Notes under the pieces: model-generated | The model's database searches: none | The model's input: the letters and a program-made list of their open reading frames with translations, nothing else | What the model was told of the DNA's origin: nothing | IMG/VR virus record: IMGVR_UViG_3300038393_001363 | Coordinates: 1-40,696 of that record | Reading direction: 5' to 3' (one strand) | DNA from: a virus | Lineage: Duplodnaviria > Caudoviricetes | Length of the DNA stretch: 40,696 bases | Position numbers and translations under genes: made by a program | Shown here: one piece after another, positions 1-8,594 of the stretch | How the letters are laid out: the number at the start of each line of letters is the position of its first letter | Numbering within the stretch: the stretch's first letter is position 1

Positions 1-77
1 TTCTTTGCCGTGAACCGCGCCGAGTAGCCAAGGTCAGGCCAATGAACCATTCGCCGAAGCGCGTTCTCAGTGCTCAT
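1..77 (-). CDS. Hypothetical protein, 5' part only (runs off the window)
   Basis: ATG at 77-75 overlaps the stop of the 74..271 ORF (ATGA); purine-rich RBS upstream; frame open to the edge (MSTENALRR...). Confidence 0.55.
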   Translation of the reverse strand, partial: MSTENALRRMVHWPDLGYSARFTAK

Positions 78-271
78 TCCTCGTCCTCCAAATCCTCGTC
101 CGTGATCCCCAATCGGGCCTTGAGTTTTTCCACGACATCCTCAAGGGTCTCGATTCGATCCTGCATCTCCAGAAGATGCTGTCCAAGGTGCGCGTAGTGC
201 CGTCCATCAAGGCCGATGCCATAACAGAACATCTCGCCGCTGAGGCTGTCGAACGATCGTCTCTGGCTCAT
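74..271 (-). CDS. Hypothetical phage protein with coiled coil and acidic tail
   Basis: 65 aa; GGAGG RBS; ATGA coupling with neighbours. Confidence 0.7.
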   Translation of the reverse strand: MSQRRSFDSLSGEMFCYGIGLDGRHYAHLGQHLLEMQDRIETLEDVVEKLKARLGITDEDLEDEE

Positions 272-516
272 CCCTCCCCCTCCACCGCCTCGTAGTCCCG
301 CCGAAACTCTTCGTCCGTCACGACATCAACGACGACATCGCCGTCTTCAATAATCCAATCGCCGCGTTCCACTCCGCATGCTTGTCCGCAACAGATGCCA
401 AGCCTTGTGAAGTAGTATCTATTGTCATTGGTCTCAACCTCCGCATGATCCCCCGGCCCATTCCACTGCGTCGCGGTCAGGATCTCAGTCGACCGGCATC
501 GAATCGTCTTACTCAT
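268..516 (-). CDS. Hypothetical phage protein
   Basis: A-x-QW-NG...GDWII...F...YE pattern common in small phage proteins; coupled to neighbours. Confidence 0.7.
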   Translation of the reverse strand: MSKTIRCRSTEILTATQWNGPGDHAEVETNDNRYYFTRLGICCGQACGVERGDWIIEDGDVVVDVVTDEEFRRDYEAVEGEG

Positions 517-1258
517 CAAACGCCTCCACCAGTTGCTTGGTCTTCTCCAGCACGTCCTGCCACTTGCGATATCGCCTGTCGAATGAACGGTCGACCATGA
601 CCCTAAACCCGCCTTCGGGATCGTCTTCGTCCTTCCAGACGTCGACCACGCATCCGTTCTTCATCTTTACGCTGAACGCCTCTCCGTCCTCGTACCTGTA
701 GTCGTCATCCTCATAGAAATAGCCCGCAACCTCATGCCCCGCGAAGATGTGCTCGATGGGCACACGCTTCGGCGATTCGCCGACGATGTCCGACACATAG
801 TATTCGATCGTGTCGGCGATCATGCGGTGGCTGAACGCCTGGCGCGTCGGCTCCATGCCCTTCGCCGCATCGCGAATCCGTTTGGCCACGGCGAGCACTT
901 CGTTTCGACGACCCGGCTGCGACAGGTAGACCGAATGGACGTGGAGTTGGTTCCTCGCGTACTTCAACCCGACCGCCGGATGGAGATCGTCCAACGGAAC
1001 ATCCTCCAGCGCGTCTCCGTTGTGATGGTACGTGAACCTCAACGACTTCACCCTGTTGTCCTCCGTTCTGCCGACGACTACTGACTCGGGCTGCGAGAAC
1101 ACCGAAATACCCGATCCGCTGGTCCCCTTCTCATCCCAATCGAATGGGGCGAGATCATAGATCACGTCGGAGTCGAAGAATACCTCGGTCTCATGCATCG
1201 GCTCGCTCTCTTTCGCTTCGCCATCCCACCGACTCAACAGGTTGCAGATCCAGTTCAT
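509..1258 (-). CDS. Hypothetical protein
   Basis: 249 aa; GGAGG RBS; overlaps neighbours by a few nt. Confidence 0.7.
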   Translation of the reverse strand: MNWICNLLSRWDGEAKESEPMHETEVFFDSDVIYDLAPFDWDEKGTSGSGISVFSQPESVVVGRTEDNRVKSLRFTYHHNGDALEDVPLDDLHPAVGLKYARNQLHVHSVYLSQPGRRNEVLAVAKRIRDAAKGMEPTRQAFSHRMIADTIEYYVSDIVGESPKRVPIEHIFAGHEVAGYFYEDDDYRYEDGEAFSVKMKNGCVVDVWKDEDDPEGGFRVMVDRSFDRRYRKWQDVLEKTKQLVEAFDE

Positions 1259-1608
1259 CCTTCCTCCATCACTACCGGGTTCTTGAACGCGACCTCACCG
1301 TCCACGAGACAGTAGACCCAGAAGTCTTCTCTCGCCGTGTTCGCCGTCTCCCACATCGCCTTCGTCAGAATGCCCTTCGCCACATTCGCGTATTCCTCAT
1401 CCGTGAACCCGTCCTGTCGATCCACCTCGGCTTCGACCATCAGCTTGACCTTCACCCTGTCTGGATGGCTGGATCCCAGCGAACGGGTCCCATCGCATAA
1501 CTCGTTGTCACCAAAGGGTTCAATCGATTTTCCAGGGGGAAATTCAGCCATCCGGTCCCCGCCACTTTTGTTGCTGCCACTTCGCGCTGCTTCGGGCGAT
1601 TCACTCAT
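1255..1608 (-). CDS. Hypothetical protein (start 1608 or 1551)
   Basis: Fills the gap in the minus-strand gene run; ATGA overlap at 3' end. Confidence 0.55.
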   Translation of the reverse strand: MSESPEAARSGSNKSGGDRMAEFPPGKSIEPFGDNELCDGTRSLGSSHPDRVKVKLMVEAEVDRQDGFTDEEYANVAKGILTKAMWETANTAREDFWVYCLVDGEVAFKNPVVMEEG

Positions 1609-1912
1609 CCTCGTCCTCCCCAATCACATGCCCCAGACGCCTCGTCAGAATCGGCTTGATCCCCAGCCTCTCGTTCATCTCGCGCAGGATCGCGTTTCGC
1701 TCGTCATCACCCATATGATCGAGTTCATCGCCTGTCCACCTGAGAGGCGGCAGCGTCTTGTAGTGGAGGCTTTGCAGGATCAGAATATGGTAAGCCGTCG
1801 GATTCTCTGGCATTCGCTTCGGCAACGGGCCGGTATCAGCCTTCATGTAATCCGGCATATCCCGTCCCGCAAAAACGCCAGGATCACGGTAATTCTCGCA
1901 CATCTTTCTCAC
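1601..1912 (-). CDS. Hypothetical protein
   Basis: AAGGAG RBS; protein-like composition. Confidence 0.6.
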   Translation of the reverse strand: MRKMCENYRDPGVFAGRDMPDYMKADTGPLPKRMPENPTAYHILILQSLHYKTLPPLRWTGDELDHMGDDERNAILREMNERLGIKPILTRRLGHVIGEDEDE

Positions 1913-1934
1913 TCTCCTTTGAAGTCGCTGAGGA

Positions 1935-2192
1935 TCATTCGTCGCCTCCGTCTCTCTCGCGAACCTCGTTTGCTACGTCATCGATCGCAACATGAGTCTT
2001 GCGAATCAGTCGCTTCAACTGACTGAGTAATGCACGCGAGTCGCGAACGATCGAATTGAAATCGTTCTCCCGTGGATTCTCAATCATCGCGTATCCAACC
2101 ACGCTGCATGCCGCTTTGTAAGCTTTCTCGTTGACTTCATGAAATTCGCTTAGAAGACCGCACAGCCCCGTGACTTTTTCGCTCGCTTCCAT
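1935..2192 (-). CDS. Hypothetical protein
   Basis: GGAGGGG RBS; helical 85-aa ORF. Confidence 0.65.
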   Translation of the reverse strand: MEASEKVTGLCGLLSEFHEVNEKAYKAACSVVGYAMIENPRENDFNSIVRDSRALLSQLKRLIRKTHVAIDDVANEVRERDGGDE

Positions 2193-2202
2193 CTTCCCCT
2201 CC

Positions 2203-3075
2203 TCAATTCACCACTCGCCCGTAAATTTCATCCAGCATCCACACGAACCCGTTGTCCATGCAGATCGCCTCCAACTTCGCCTCGTCGAACGACGACACCA
2301 CGATCGCATTCCAGTCGATGCGGATCGGGACGTCGTGGTTCAGTTGCACGAGCCGCTTCGCCAGCCTGGCCGTCTCCGCGCCGTCGACCACCGCCTTCCG
2401 CTTCTTCTCGCTCGGGATCTGGTCGGCGTTGGCGATCAGGTTTTCGAGCGTGCCGAACTGCTGGAGGTAGAGCGTTGCCGTCTTCGGCCCGACGCTTTTC
2501 ATCCCCGGCACATTGTCGGCCGCGTCCCCGGTCAGCGCGAGGTAGTCGACGACCTGATCGGGCCTGATCCCCCATTCGAGTTCGACGGCCTTCGCGTCCA
2601 CGATCGCGTTCTTGCGGAGGTTGAGGATCCGCACATGCGGCGTCAGCAGTTGCCGCGCGTCCTTGTCGGACGTGCAGATCGTCACGTCCAGACCGTAGCT
2701 CTCGCCTCGCCTCGCCAGCGTGGCGATCACGTCGTCGGCCTCCATGCCCGGCGCGACGAACGTCGGGATGTTCATCGCCTCGAAGATCCGCTTGATCTCG
2801 GGCATCTGCGACTTCAGGTCGTCGGGCATCGGCGATCGGTGTGCCTTGTACTCCGGGTAGACCTCGCGTCGTTGCAGCGTGACGCCCCCGCCGTCGTAGG
2901 CGGCTGCGAAGTAATCAGGATTGTGTTGGTTCAGGATGTTCATCAGTTTGCGGAAGACGCCGTAGATCGCGTTGACCGGCTTGCCTTCCGGGCTCGCCAT
3001 CTCGGGGATGGCGTGGAACGACTGGAAGATGAGGCTGTAAGCGTCAAGGATGTAGAACGAAGGGCGCTGTTCCAT
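2203..3075 (-). CDS. Stand-alone 5'-3' exonuclease / flap endonuclease (PolA N-terminal-like)
   Basis: Motifs ILDAYSLIFQSFHA, R.EVYPEYKAHR, GMEADDVIATL, TSDKD, LALTGDAADNVPG..SVGPKTA (PIN + H3TH); no polymerase domain. Confidence 0.93.
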   Translation of the reverse strand: MEQRPSFYILDAYSLIFQSFHAIPEMASPEGKPVNAIYGVFRKLMNILNQHNPDYFAAAYDGGGVTLQRREVYPEYKAHRSPMPDDLKSQMPEIKRIFEAMNIPTFVAPGMEADDVIATLARRGESYGLDVTICTSDKDARQLLTPHVRILNLRKNAIVDAKAVELEWGIRPDQVVDYLALTGDAADNVPGMKSVGPKTATLYLQQFGTLENLIANADQIPSEKKRKAVVDGAETARLAKRLVQLNHDVPIRIDWNAIVVSSFDEAKLEAICMDNGFVWMLDEIYGRVVN

Positions 3076-3084
3076 TGGTGCTCC

Positions 3085-3642
3085 TCATGTGGTTTGGTTC
3101 TGTAAAGCCTCGTAGGCGGCCCGCGACTCTTCCAGCGACTTGTACTTGGCCTGCTGCTTCAGGAATTCAGCGACCGATTCGTGACGCTGAATCTCTTCCC
3201 ATCGCGTGACTTCTCGCCACGCTTCCTCGTTTCGCGTGAGAACCGCCTGTCTCTCTTCCTTCGCGATATGCACTTCCCAGAGATTCCCGGCGTTAAGTTT
3301 GGCCTGCTCCTGGCTCACGTCGGAGTAACTGATGACCCACGTCTTGGGGTCCAGATGCTTGCAGCCTTCGCCGGGGTACTGCTTCAGCCGGAACGTCCAC
3401 GGGAGCGAAAAGTACCTCTGGTCTTCATGGTCGGTTCTGTTGATCGCGAAATAGTGCATCTTGCGATCGTGGACCTGCGTGATCTGATCCAACTCGCCAA
3501 CCTTTAACTCCCCGATCCTCAAGGGCGTCCCGTGCTCGTTCTTCTTGATAGCCTCCTTGGCCTCATCCTTGGTCGAAAACACACCTCGTATGCACTGCGG
3601 AAACCGACGTCCGTGTGTCACAACAAAAATCGAATCGCTCAT
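3085..3642 (-). CDS. Hypothetical protein; N-terminal domain shared with 10912..11400
   Basis: IFVV...IRGVFSTKDEAKEAI pattern; GGGAG RBS. Confidence 0.7.
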   Translation of the reverse strand: MSDSIFVVTHGRRFPQCIRGVFSTKDEAKEAIKKNEHGTPLRIGELKVGELDQITQVHDRKMHYFAINRTDHEDQRYFSLPWTFRLKQYPGEGCKHLDPKTWVISYSDVSQEQAKLNAGNLWEVHIAKEERQAVLTRNEEAWREVTRWEEIQRHESVAEFLKQQAKYKSLEESRAAYEALQNQTT

Positions 3643-3878
3643 TCGCTCTTGCTCCCTTCATGGTGAACCTTCATCGCCGCCAGCAGCAGTTCGATCTGCG
3701 CGATCGTCTTGTCGATCCGCGAGTCCAGCCTACTCCGCTCGTACTCGGGCAACTGGCTGATGTCGTACGCGAGGATCTGCGCCTTGGTCGCGATCTTCTC
3801 CAGATGACAGGCCGTCGTCTCGTACGGCGTCCGTCTCGCCAGCCTGAACGGTCGGTGCATCGTGTCGGTGTCCATCAC
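3639..3878 (-). CDS. Hypothetical protein
   Basis: GGAGG RBS before GTG/ATG at 3878/3875; coupled to neighbours. Confidence 0.65.
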   Translation of the reverse strand: MMDTDTMHRPFRLARRTPYETTACHLEKIATKAQILAYDISQLPEYERSRLDSRIDKTIAQIELLLAAMKVHHEGSKSE

Positions 3879-4132
3879 GCTTTCCTCCACTGGTTGTTGA
3901 CGACGGTGTACTCCACCCCGAATTGATCGCCGTACTGGCCTCCCTCTTGGCACCTCTCCCAGCGATGCGGTTGCCACGCGAAATCTCTTTTGCCAGCCCA
4001 CGCGGATACGGTTCCGTCTGTATGCTGAATGTTCGCGATGGCAGTCGATCCTCCCTCGTAGACCAGAACCCCGCCGACCGCGTCGACATCGTCGGGGAGG
4101 TCGACTTCGTAGGTCACTTTGATGGTGGTCAT
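3875..4132 (-). CDS. Hypothetical protein
   Basis: MTTIKVTYEV...; GGGAGGGGG RBS; ATGA overlap. Confidence 0.65.
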   Translation of the reverse strand: MTTIKVTYEVDLPDDVDAVGGVLVYEGGSTAIANIQHTDGTVSAWAGKRDFAWQPHRWERCQEGGQYGDQFGVEYTVVNNQWRKA

Positions 4133-4332
4133 CTCCCCCTCCCGAACACCAAGTAAACCCCGGCCGGGAACACCATCATCAGCCAACCGATCGCGGATAG
4201 CCCCCACCACGCCGGGTCGTAGCGATCGACGTACAACCCGAAGCCGCCGACGCACGTCGCGATGAACCCCAAGATGAGGAACGCGATCAGAAGTTCGGCC
4301 GTCGAAGAATCGATCTGCGTGTCTTTGCTCAT
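4129..4332 (-). CDS. Small two-TM membrane protein
   Basis: MSKDTQ... followed by two hydrophobic segments; GGAGG RBS. Confidence 0.7.
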   Translation of the reverse strand: MSKDTQIDSSTAELLIAFLILGFIATCVGGFGLYVDRYDPAWWGLSAIGWLMMVFPAGVYLVFGRGR

Positions 4333-4604
4333 TCGCCGTCCTCCAAAATCGCGACAACGCAGGAAGCGTCGATCAGGTCCAAGTGTTCTCCCTTGTAGAA
4401 CAACGTCTGCTCGGTCGTGAAGTAAACGATTCGATCTGGGACTGAGCACTCCGTTCCAAAACTCGTTGCCACGACCTTGCCAGTGCGCAGGTTCACGCCA
4501 GGCAACGGCGGCGTAGACTTGACGACCTCGCCGTCCGTTCCGAGTTCGACGACATGCTCGACCGGACGCACTAACAGATTCTTGTTTTTCAGTCTCATGC
4601 TCAT
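4329..4604 (-). CDS. groES: GroES/Cpn10-like co-chaperonin
   Basis: ~90 aa; LLVRPVE...(mobile loop)...TGKVVA...DRIVY...GEHLDLIDASCVVAILE follows the Cpn10 pattern but is divergent. Confidence 0.65.
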   Translation of the reverse strand: MSMRLKNKNLLVRPVEHVVELGTDGEVVKSTPPLPGVNLRTGKVVATSFGTECSVPDRIVYFTTEQTLFYKGEHLDLIDASCVVAILEDGE

Positions 4605-4837
4605 TCCCCCTTGGCCGTTTTCGGCCTCCCATAAACCCACCGTGCTTCCAACTCCGCTTGCTGCTCGTCGAATGACAATTCCGACCAGCGTTTCAACTCA
4701 GCCACCGTCTTCAGATACTTCCACTCGCTCTCGTTCAACCTCGGTTGCCGCTCGGTTTCGATGAACTTGAGTTGGCCGTCGGGCGCGATGCCATTGACGT
4801 AGGCGAGGAGTTGGCGCGGGTCTGTCCAATCAGTCAT
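4601..4837 (-). CDS. Hypothetical protein
   Basis: 78 aa, ATGA-coupled on both sides. Confidence 0.65.
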   Translation of the reverse strand: MTDWTDPRQLLAYVNGIAPDGQLKFIETERQPRLNESEWKYLKTVAELKRWSELSFDEQQAELEARWVYGRPKTAKGE

Positions 4838-5088
4838 TCACTACCCTCGAAGTTCGGATCGAATATAGAGAACTTGGGATTGTCGACTTCGATGTCCCAT
4901 CCGTGCCGATTTCTTGGTTTCTCGGGAAATACATCGAACTCCGAATTCATGCACCAGACTTTGCAGCCGTCCGTAAACTCGACGCATTCCTCGTGGGGAA
5001 TGACCGGCCAAACGCCCTTCGGCGTCTTGCCCTGCATGAATTTGCACGCCTCATAGAACGACACCGTTCGCCATTTGTCATTCATCAT
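4834..5088 (-). CDS. Hypothetical protein
   Basis: 84 aa; coupled to neighbours. Confidence 0.65.
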   Translation of the reverse strand: MMNDKWRTVSFYEACKFMQGKTPKGVWPVIPHEECVEFTDGCKVWCMNSEFDVFPEKPRNRHGWDIEVDNPKFSIFDPNFEGSE

Positions 5089-5518
5089 CCCACGGCCCCC
5101 TCAGCAGAACCTCGCCTTTGTGGTTGATGACCCCGCGATCGACCAACGCTTGGAACTGCTCGCGTGACGGACGCTCGTTTTCTTCGATAACCGCCTGCTT
5201 CAATTTCTCATGAATTGGAGCATCCCATAGTTCGTGCAATATCCCGCCGAATTCCTTTTCCACACGCCTCATAGTCTTCCTTCTCCATTCGATGACCCGC
5301 ATGACGTCATCCGGCATGATCGATGGATGCCCGATCGCGACCTCGCCGTAGATGTTGAACGCGATCTTCCCGGACTCGGTTCTACGCTCGCTGCCATCGA
5401 AGACGACATCGTTCAGCGTCCTGGCCGCGCGTGTTATGGCGTCGCATCCATTGACCATGCCAGCATCCGCGACCTCACATTCCACCAGCAGATAGACCTT
5501 CTTCTTCTCGTCGCTCAT
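5078..5518 (-). CDS. Hypothetical protein
   Basis: Start MSDEKKK at 5518 with GAGGGG RBS. Confidence 0.65.
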   Translation of the reverse strand: MSDEKKKVYLLVECEVADAGMVNGCDAITRAARTLNDVVFDGSERRTESGKIAFNIYGEVAIGHPSIMPDDVMRVIEWRRKTMRRVEKEFGGILHELWDAPIHEKLKQAVIEENERPSREQFQALVDRGVINHKGEVLLRGPWDDE

Positions 5519-6276
5519 AAGCCCCTCATGATCCTGTTGGTTTTCGCCCTGTAATAAACCTCGGCGTACTGCAACGCCGTCGCCGCGAACAAGAATCCCG
5601 TGGTTGCGGACATGGGCCAGCACCACCCCGTCTTGTCATGCGTGAAGACTTCGTAGATGAAGCAGACGATCGCCATGACGGTCAGGACGAGCATGCCGTA
5701 GAACAGCCGATCGCGGATCTTGAACAGCCGCATCAGACGCTTGTTCGCCTCGGTGCCTTCGTTACGCCAGTCGTTCGTGCGGACGATGGTCATGCCGCCT
5801 GGGACGATCTGGACCTCGCCCCTTGGTGGATTGCGATTAAGGTCGTCCTGAAATCGAGCGATCTCTTCCGGAGTGAACTTGACATTCGGGATCAGCCAAT
5901 CCGACTCGTCCTCGTAGAACTCGGGGTCGGGACAGCCTGTCGCTTCGGTCTCGTCGTCGTCCTTGAGGTCCGCGACGATGTCCTTGATCGACTCCAGATA
6001 CTCGGCCTCTTCCTGCGAGAGTTTCTGTTGCTCGCCGACCGTCCCCAGCAAGGCCCCATGCTTCATCATCGCCGTGTACTCGGCATTGCGTTGGTCGTCG
6101 AACTTGAAGCCGAGGTCGACGTAAAACCCGCCGACCGACGTGCACGGGCTCTTGTCTTCCATCTCGGCCATGCGCAGCAGCCATTCAGGCGACACATTCG
6201 CCATCCGTTCCCGGAACTCAGGTGACGGGCCGACGTATTCCTTGTCGCCCAGCGGTTCGATCGTCTCGTCACTCAT
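5515..6276 (-). CDS. Hypothetical protein, acidic N-terminal part and two C-terminal TM helices
   Basis: GAGGAGG RBS; hydrophobic LFYGMLVLTVMAIVCFIY and TTGFLFAATALQY segments. Confidence 0.7.
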   Translation of the reverse strand: MSDETIEPLGDKEYVGPSPEFRERMANVSPEWLLRMAEMEDKSPCTSVGGFYVDLGFKFDDQRNAEYTAMMKHGALLGTVGEQQKLSQEEAEYLESIKDIVADLKDDDETEATGCPDPEFYEDESDWLIPNVKFTPEEIARFQDDLNRNPPRGEVQIVPGGMTIVRTNDWRNEGTEANKRLMRLFKIRDRLFYGMLVLTVMAIVCFIYEVFTHDKTGWCWPMSATTGFLFAATALQYAEVYYRAKTNRIMRGL

Positions 6277-6479
6277 TCCACCTCCTCGATCGTGATCCGG
6301 TACGTCTTGCCGAACTCAAGCAACTCCTCAACCCTGTCGTCCACATGATTGGCGTCGCTGTTCCGTTCATCCCACGCCATCGCGTCCCACTTGCCTTCGT
6401 ACTTGGCCGTCGTTCGCGTGCCCTCGTCGTCGAACAACGTCATCACGACTGAGACCGACTTCGCCTTCTCGTTACTCAT
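6273..6479 (-). CDS. Hypothetical protein
   Basis: Start MSNEKAK at 6479; ATGA overlaps. Confidence 0.65.
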   Translation of the reverse strand: MSNEKAKSVSVVMTLFDDEGTRTTAKYEGKWDAMAWDERNSDANHVDDRVEELLEFGKTYRITIEEVE

Positions 6480-6718
6480 CCTCGCCCCTCCAACCAAAAC
6501 GCCGTATTGCAGTCCCGACACACGAACGTCGTCTCGAACAGCCCGTCCGGCTCCGTCCTGTCGCGCCTCATCACGTTGTTGCCGCCGCATCCGTGGCATT
6601 CAGTGTCGACGGCGTACCACGAACTGACGGGGAACAGTTCATCCAGCGGCTTGCCCGTCTTTATCGCGTCGACCGCGTCCTGCAAGCCGGCGATGATCTG
6701 TTGGCCGAAGTTACTCAT
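6476..6718 (-). CDS. Small Zn-ribbon protein with antitoxin-like N-terminal helix
   Basis: CxxC...CxxC; N-terminus MSNFGQQIIAGLQDAV resembles N-termini of HigA/XRE-type regulators. Confidence 0.65.
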   Translation of the reverse strand: MSNFGQQIIAGLQDAVDAIKTGKPLDELFPVSSWYAVDTECHGCGGNNVMRRDRTEPDGLFETTFVCRDCNTAFWLEGRG

Positions 6719-6719
6719 T

Positions 6720-7217
6720 TCAACGGCCCCAGTAGTAGTTGAACATCCTCACTTCGAATACCCCTTCCCCGCAGCAATGCCGGCACAGATTCATCTCCGT
6801 CCCGTGGTCGTCTTCGCCGTACCAGCAGTTCGCGCAGACCGTCGTCAGTCCCTCGCGAGGCTGAAACCCCCGGCAAAATCCGGTTCCACCGCACTTCTTG
6901 CACTGAACCAGCGCGCGGAGCACGGAGTTGACGTACAGCCGCGTCCATTCGTCGGTCGACCGCTCGACCCAAAACAGCCATCGAACAATTTCAGGCCCCA
7001 TGCCGACCAGAGTCTCGCTCGCGCGTTTGCGGCATCTGTGGCAAGGATCGCTCCATAGGATTGTCTGTTCGGTGATTCGCTTTGGGATGTATTTGCCGTA
7101 TCGCTTGGGCCTATCTGGCAACTGATCGATGACCCAGAATTCGGTTGCCCTCATCAGCGCGTAGTCTTCGCGTGCGATCTGCTGGCCGATAGTGGCGGCG
7201 AGGATGAGGCTAAGCAT
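6720..7217 (-). CDS. Cys-rich Zn-finger protein with short hydrophobic N-terminus
   Basis: Start MLSLILAA at 7217 (TAATG overlap); CxxC x4 including CKKCGGTG and CRHCCGEG (DnaJ-like knuckles). Confidence 0.65.
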   Translation of the reverse strand: MLSLILAATIGQQIAREDYALMRATEFWVIDQLPDRPKRYGKYIPKRITEQTILWSDPCHRCRKRASETLVGMGPEIVRWLFWVERSTDEWTRLYVNSVLRALVQCKKCGGTGFCRGFQPREGLTTVCANCWYGEDDHGTEMNLCRHCCGEGVFEVRMFNYYWGR

Positions 7218-7468
7218 TAATTCCCCGGCTTGACGTAAAAGGCCGGCGGCTCGTACTCGGTATTGACGCCTTCGTCGTTTCCGCCGCTGAAAATCCGCGA
7301 TTCGACGATCGCCCTGAATCCGTCGCTGAACTCGACTCCGACGTATCGCGGTCCGCAACAGCCGTTTGGCTCAGGGTCGAACTCGCGAATCGGGACACGC
7401 CCGCTCACGACTTCCAGGAATGTGACAGCGTCGACCTCGCAATAACCTTTGGTTGGGTTGTTCATCAA
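7217..7468 (-). CDS. Hypothetical protein
   Basis: MNNPTKGY...; coupled to both neighbours. Confidence 0.6.
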   Translation of the reverse strand: MMNNPTKGYCEVDAVTFLEVVSGRVPIREFDPEPNGCCGPRYVGVEFSDGFRAIVESRIFSGGNDEGVNTEYEPPAFYVKPGN

Positions 7469-7743
7469 CTCATCCCTCCGTCGACCGCATACAACAGATC
7501 GATCACCTTCGACTCTTCCTCCGTCCCGACCAGATCGATCGGGCGTCGTCCACCGAACTGGACGTTCGGCGTCGTCATCCACTCCTCCGGTTGCTCGACG
7601 ACCGCGTAGAGGATTTCGTTCAGTGCGGCCATGCGGATCTCGTTCTTGACGTTGAGCAACAGTTCGTCCGCGTTCTCAAGCCCCATGTCCGCGAAGACGT
7701 TGCCCGAGCTTTCCTCGAACCTTGTCTTGGAATCGCCGCTCAT
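7465..7743 (-). CDS. MbcA/ParS/Xre-type antitoxin-domain protein (orphan)
   Basis: N-terminal SSGNVFADMG..NADEL (XRE regulator N-terminus); C-terminal WMTTPNVQFGGRRPIDLVGT..E..V.DLL (toxin-binding domain signature). Confidence 0.75.
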   Translation of the reverse strand: MSGDSKTRFEESSGNVFADMGLENADELLLNVKNEIRMAALNEILYAVVEQPEEWMTTPNVQFGGRRPIDLVGTEEESKVIDLLYAVDGGMS

Positions 7744-7946
7744 TCGTCGGGGCTCCTCTCGGCTGTTGCGATGGCCAGTTGCCTTTCCAAATCCCAGACC
7801 TGCTGCAAGGCGTCGTCGCGCTGGTTCTGCATAATGGAAATCACTCCGTCCCTGCTGTCGCATCTCTGTTGCTCGACCTTGGATCGCCGCCAGAAGAACA
7901 GCCAGTTCAGGGTGGCGAAGACGGCGTAGATCGTCAGGTCGTCCAT
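7740..7946 (-). CDS. Small membrane-anchored coiled-coil protein
   Basis: MDDLTIYAVFATLNWLFFW...; GAGGAGG RBS. Confidence 0.65.
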   Translation of the reverse strand: MDDLTIYAVFATLNWLFFWRRSKVEQQRCDSRDGVISIMQNQRDDALQQVWDLERQLAIATAERSPDE

Positions 7947-8434
7947 CAGTCGTCCTCCTCGCAGAAGCCGTCGCAGTAGATGTCGCCGCACGCCGGGCAG
8001 CACTCGTCTTCCTCGCAGCAGCACTCGCCGAAGGAGTCGATCTCGCAATCGCAGCAAGGGCAGATTTCATCGTCATCGTCTTCGTCGGGTTGGTCGTCGC
8101 CTTCAAGCCGCGCCTCAAGCTCGGAGATCCGCCAGCGAAGTTCGTTATTCTCGTCGAGAAGGTTGTCCTTCTGGGAGACGAGGATGCCATTCGAGAGACG
8201 GAGAGTCCTGTTCGATTCCGAAAGTTCAGCCCCAGTTTCCCGCGTCGTCGCCAGCTCCTTCGCGATGTCCGCATACGACGGCCGATTCCACCACTTCCTC
8301 AGTCGATCCAGCATTGATTGTGCTCCCGTTGAAGGCTCAACCCAAATCCCGCCCGGACCCGTGTGCATGAAGTAAGCGACGGCCTTGCGGCCCTTGACTT
8401 GATTGGCGACGGCGGCAAGATGATCGAGAAGCAT
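7946..8434 (-). CDS. Coiled-coil protein with acidic Cys-rich C-terminal tail (start 8434 or 8314)
   Basis: Two in-frame ATGs each with a GGAG RBS; tail ICPCCDCEIDSFGECCCEEDECCPACGDIYCDGFC. Confidence 0.7.
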   Translation of the reverse strand: MLLDHLAAVANQVKGRKAVAYFMHTGPGGIWVEPSTGAQSMLDRLRKWWNRPSYADIAKELATTRETGAELSESNRTLRLSNGILVSQKDNLLDENNELRWRISELEARLEGDDQPDEDDDDEICPCCDCEIDSFGECCCEEDECCPACGDIYCDGFCEEDD

Positions 8435-8456
8435 CGGCTCCCCCTTTCGTTGCACG

Positions 8457-8502
8457 ATCATCGCATTCTGGAAGCGGCATGTCAATGCCAGTTAGCAATG
8501 AT
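8457..8502 (-). promoter_or_regulatory. Sigma70-type promoter with overlapping operator-like motif
   Basis: Minus strand TTGACA(8485-8480)-17-GATGAT(8462-8457); motif gtcaatg-ccagttag-caatgat at 8481-8502. Confidence 0.6.
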
Positions 8503-8560
8503 TTTGAGGTGAGGCGGGGCGGGGAGATGGGCAAGGAATTGAGCAATCCGTTTCCTATGG

Positions 8561-8588
8561 TTGAAACCGGATCGAGATTTGGTATAAT
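8561..8588 (+). promoter_or_regulatory. Near-consensus sigma70 promoter, antisense to the gene flow
   Basis: TTGAAA-16-TATAAT with extended -10 (TGgTATAAT). Confidence 0.75.
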
Positions 8589-8594
8589 CGCGTG

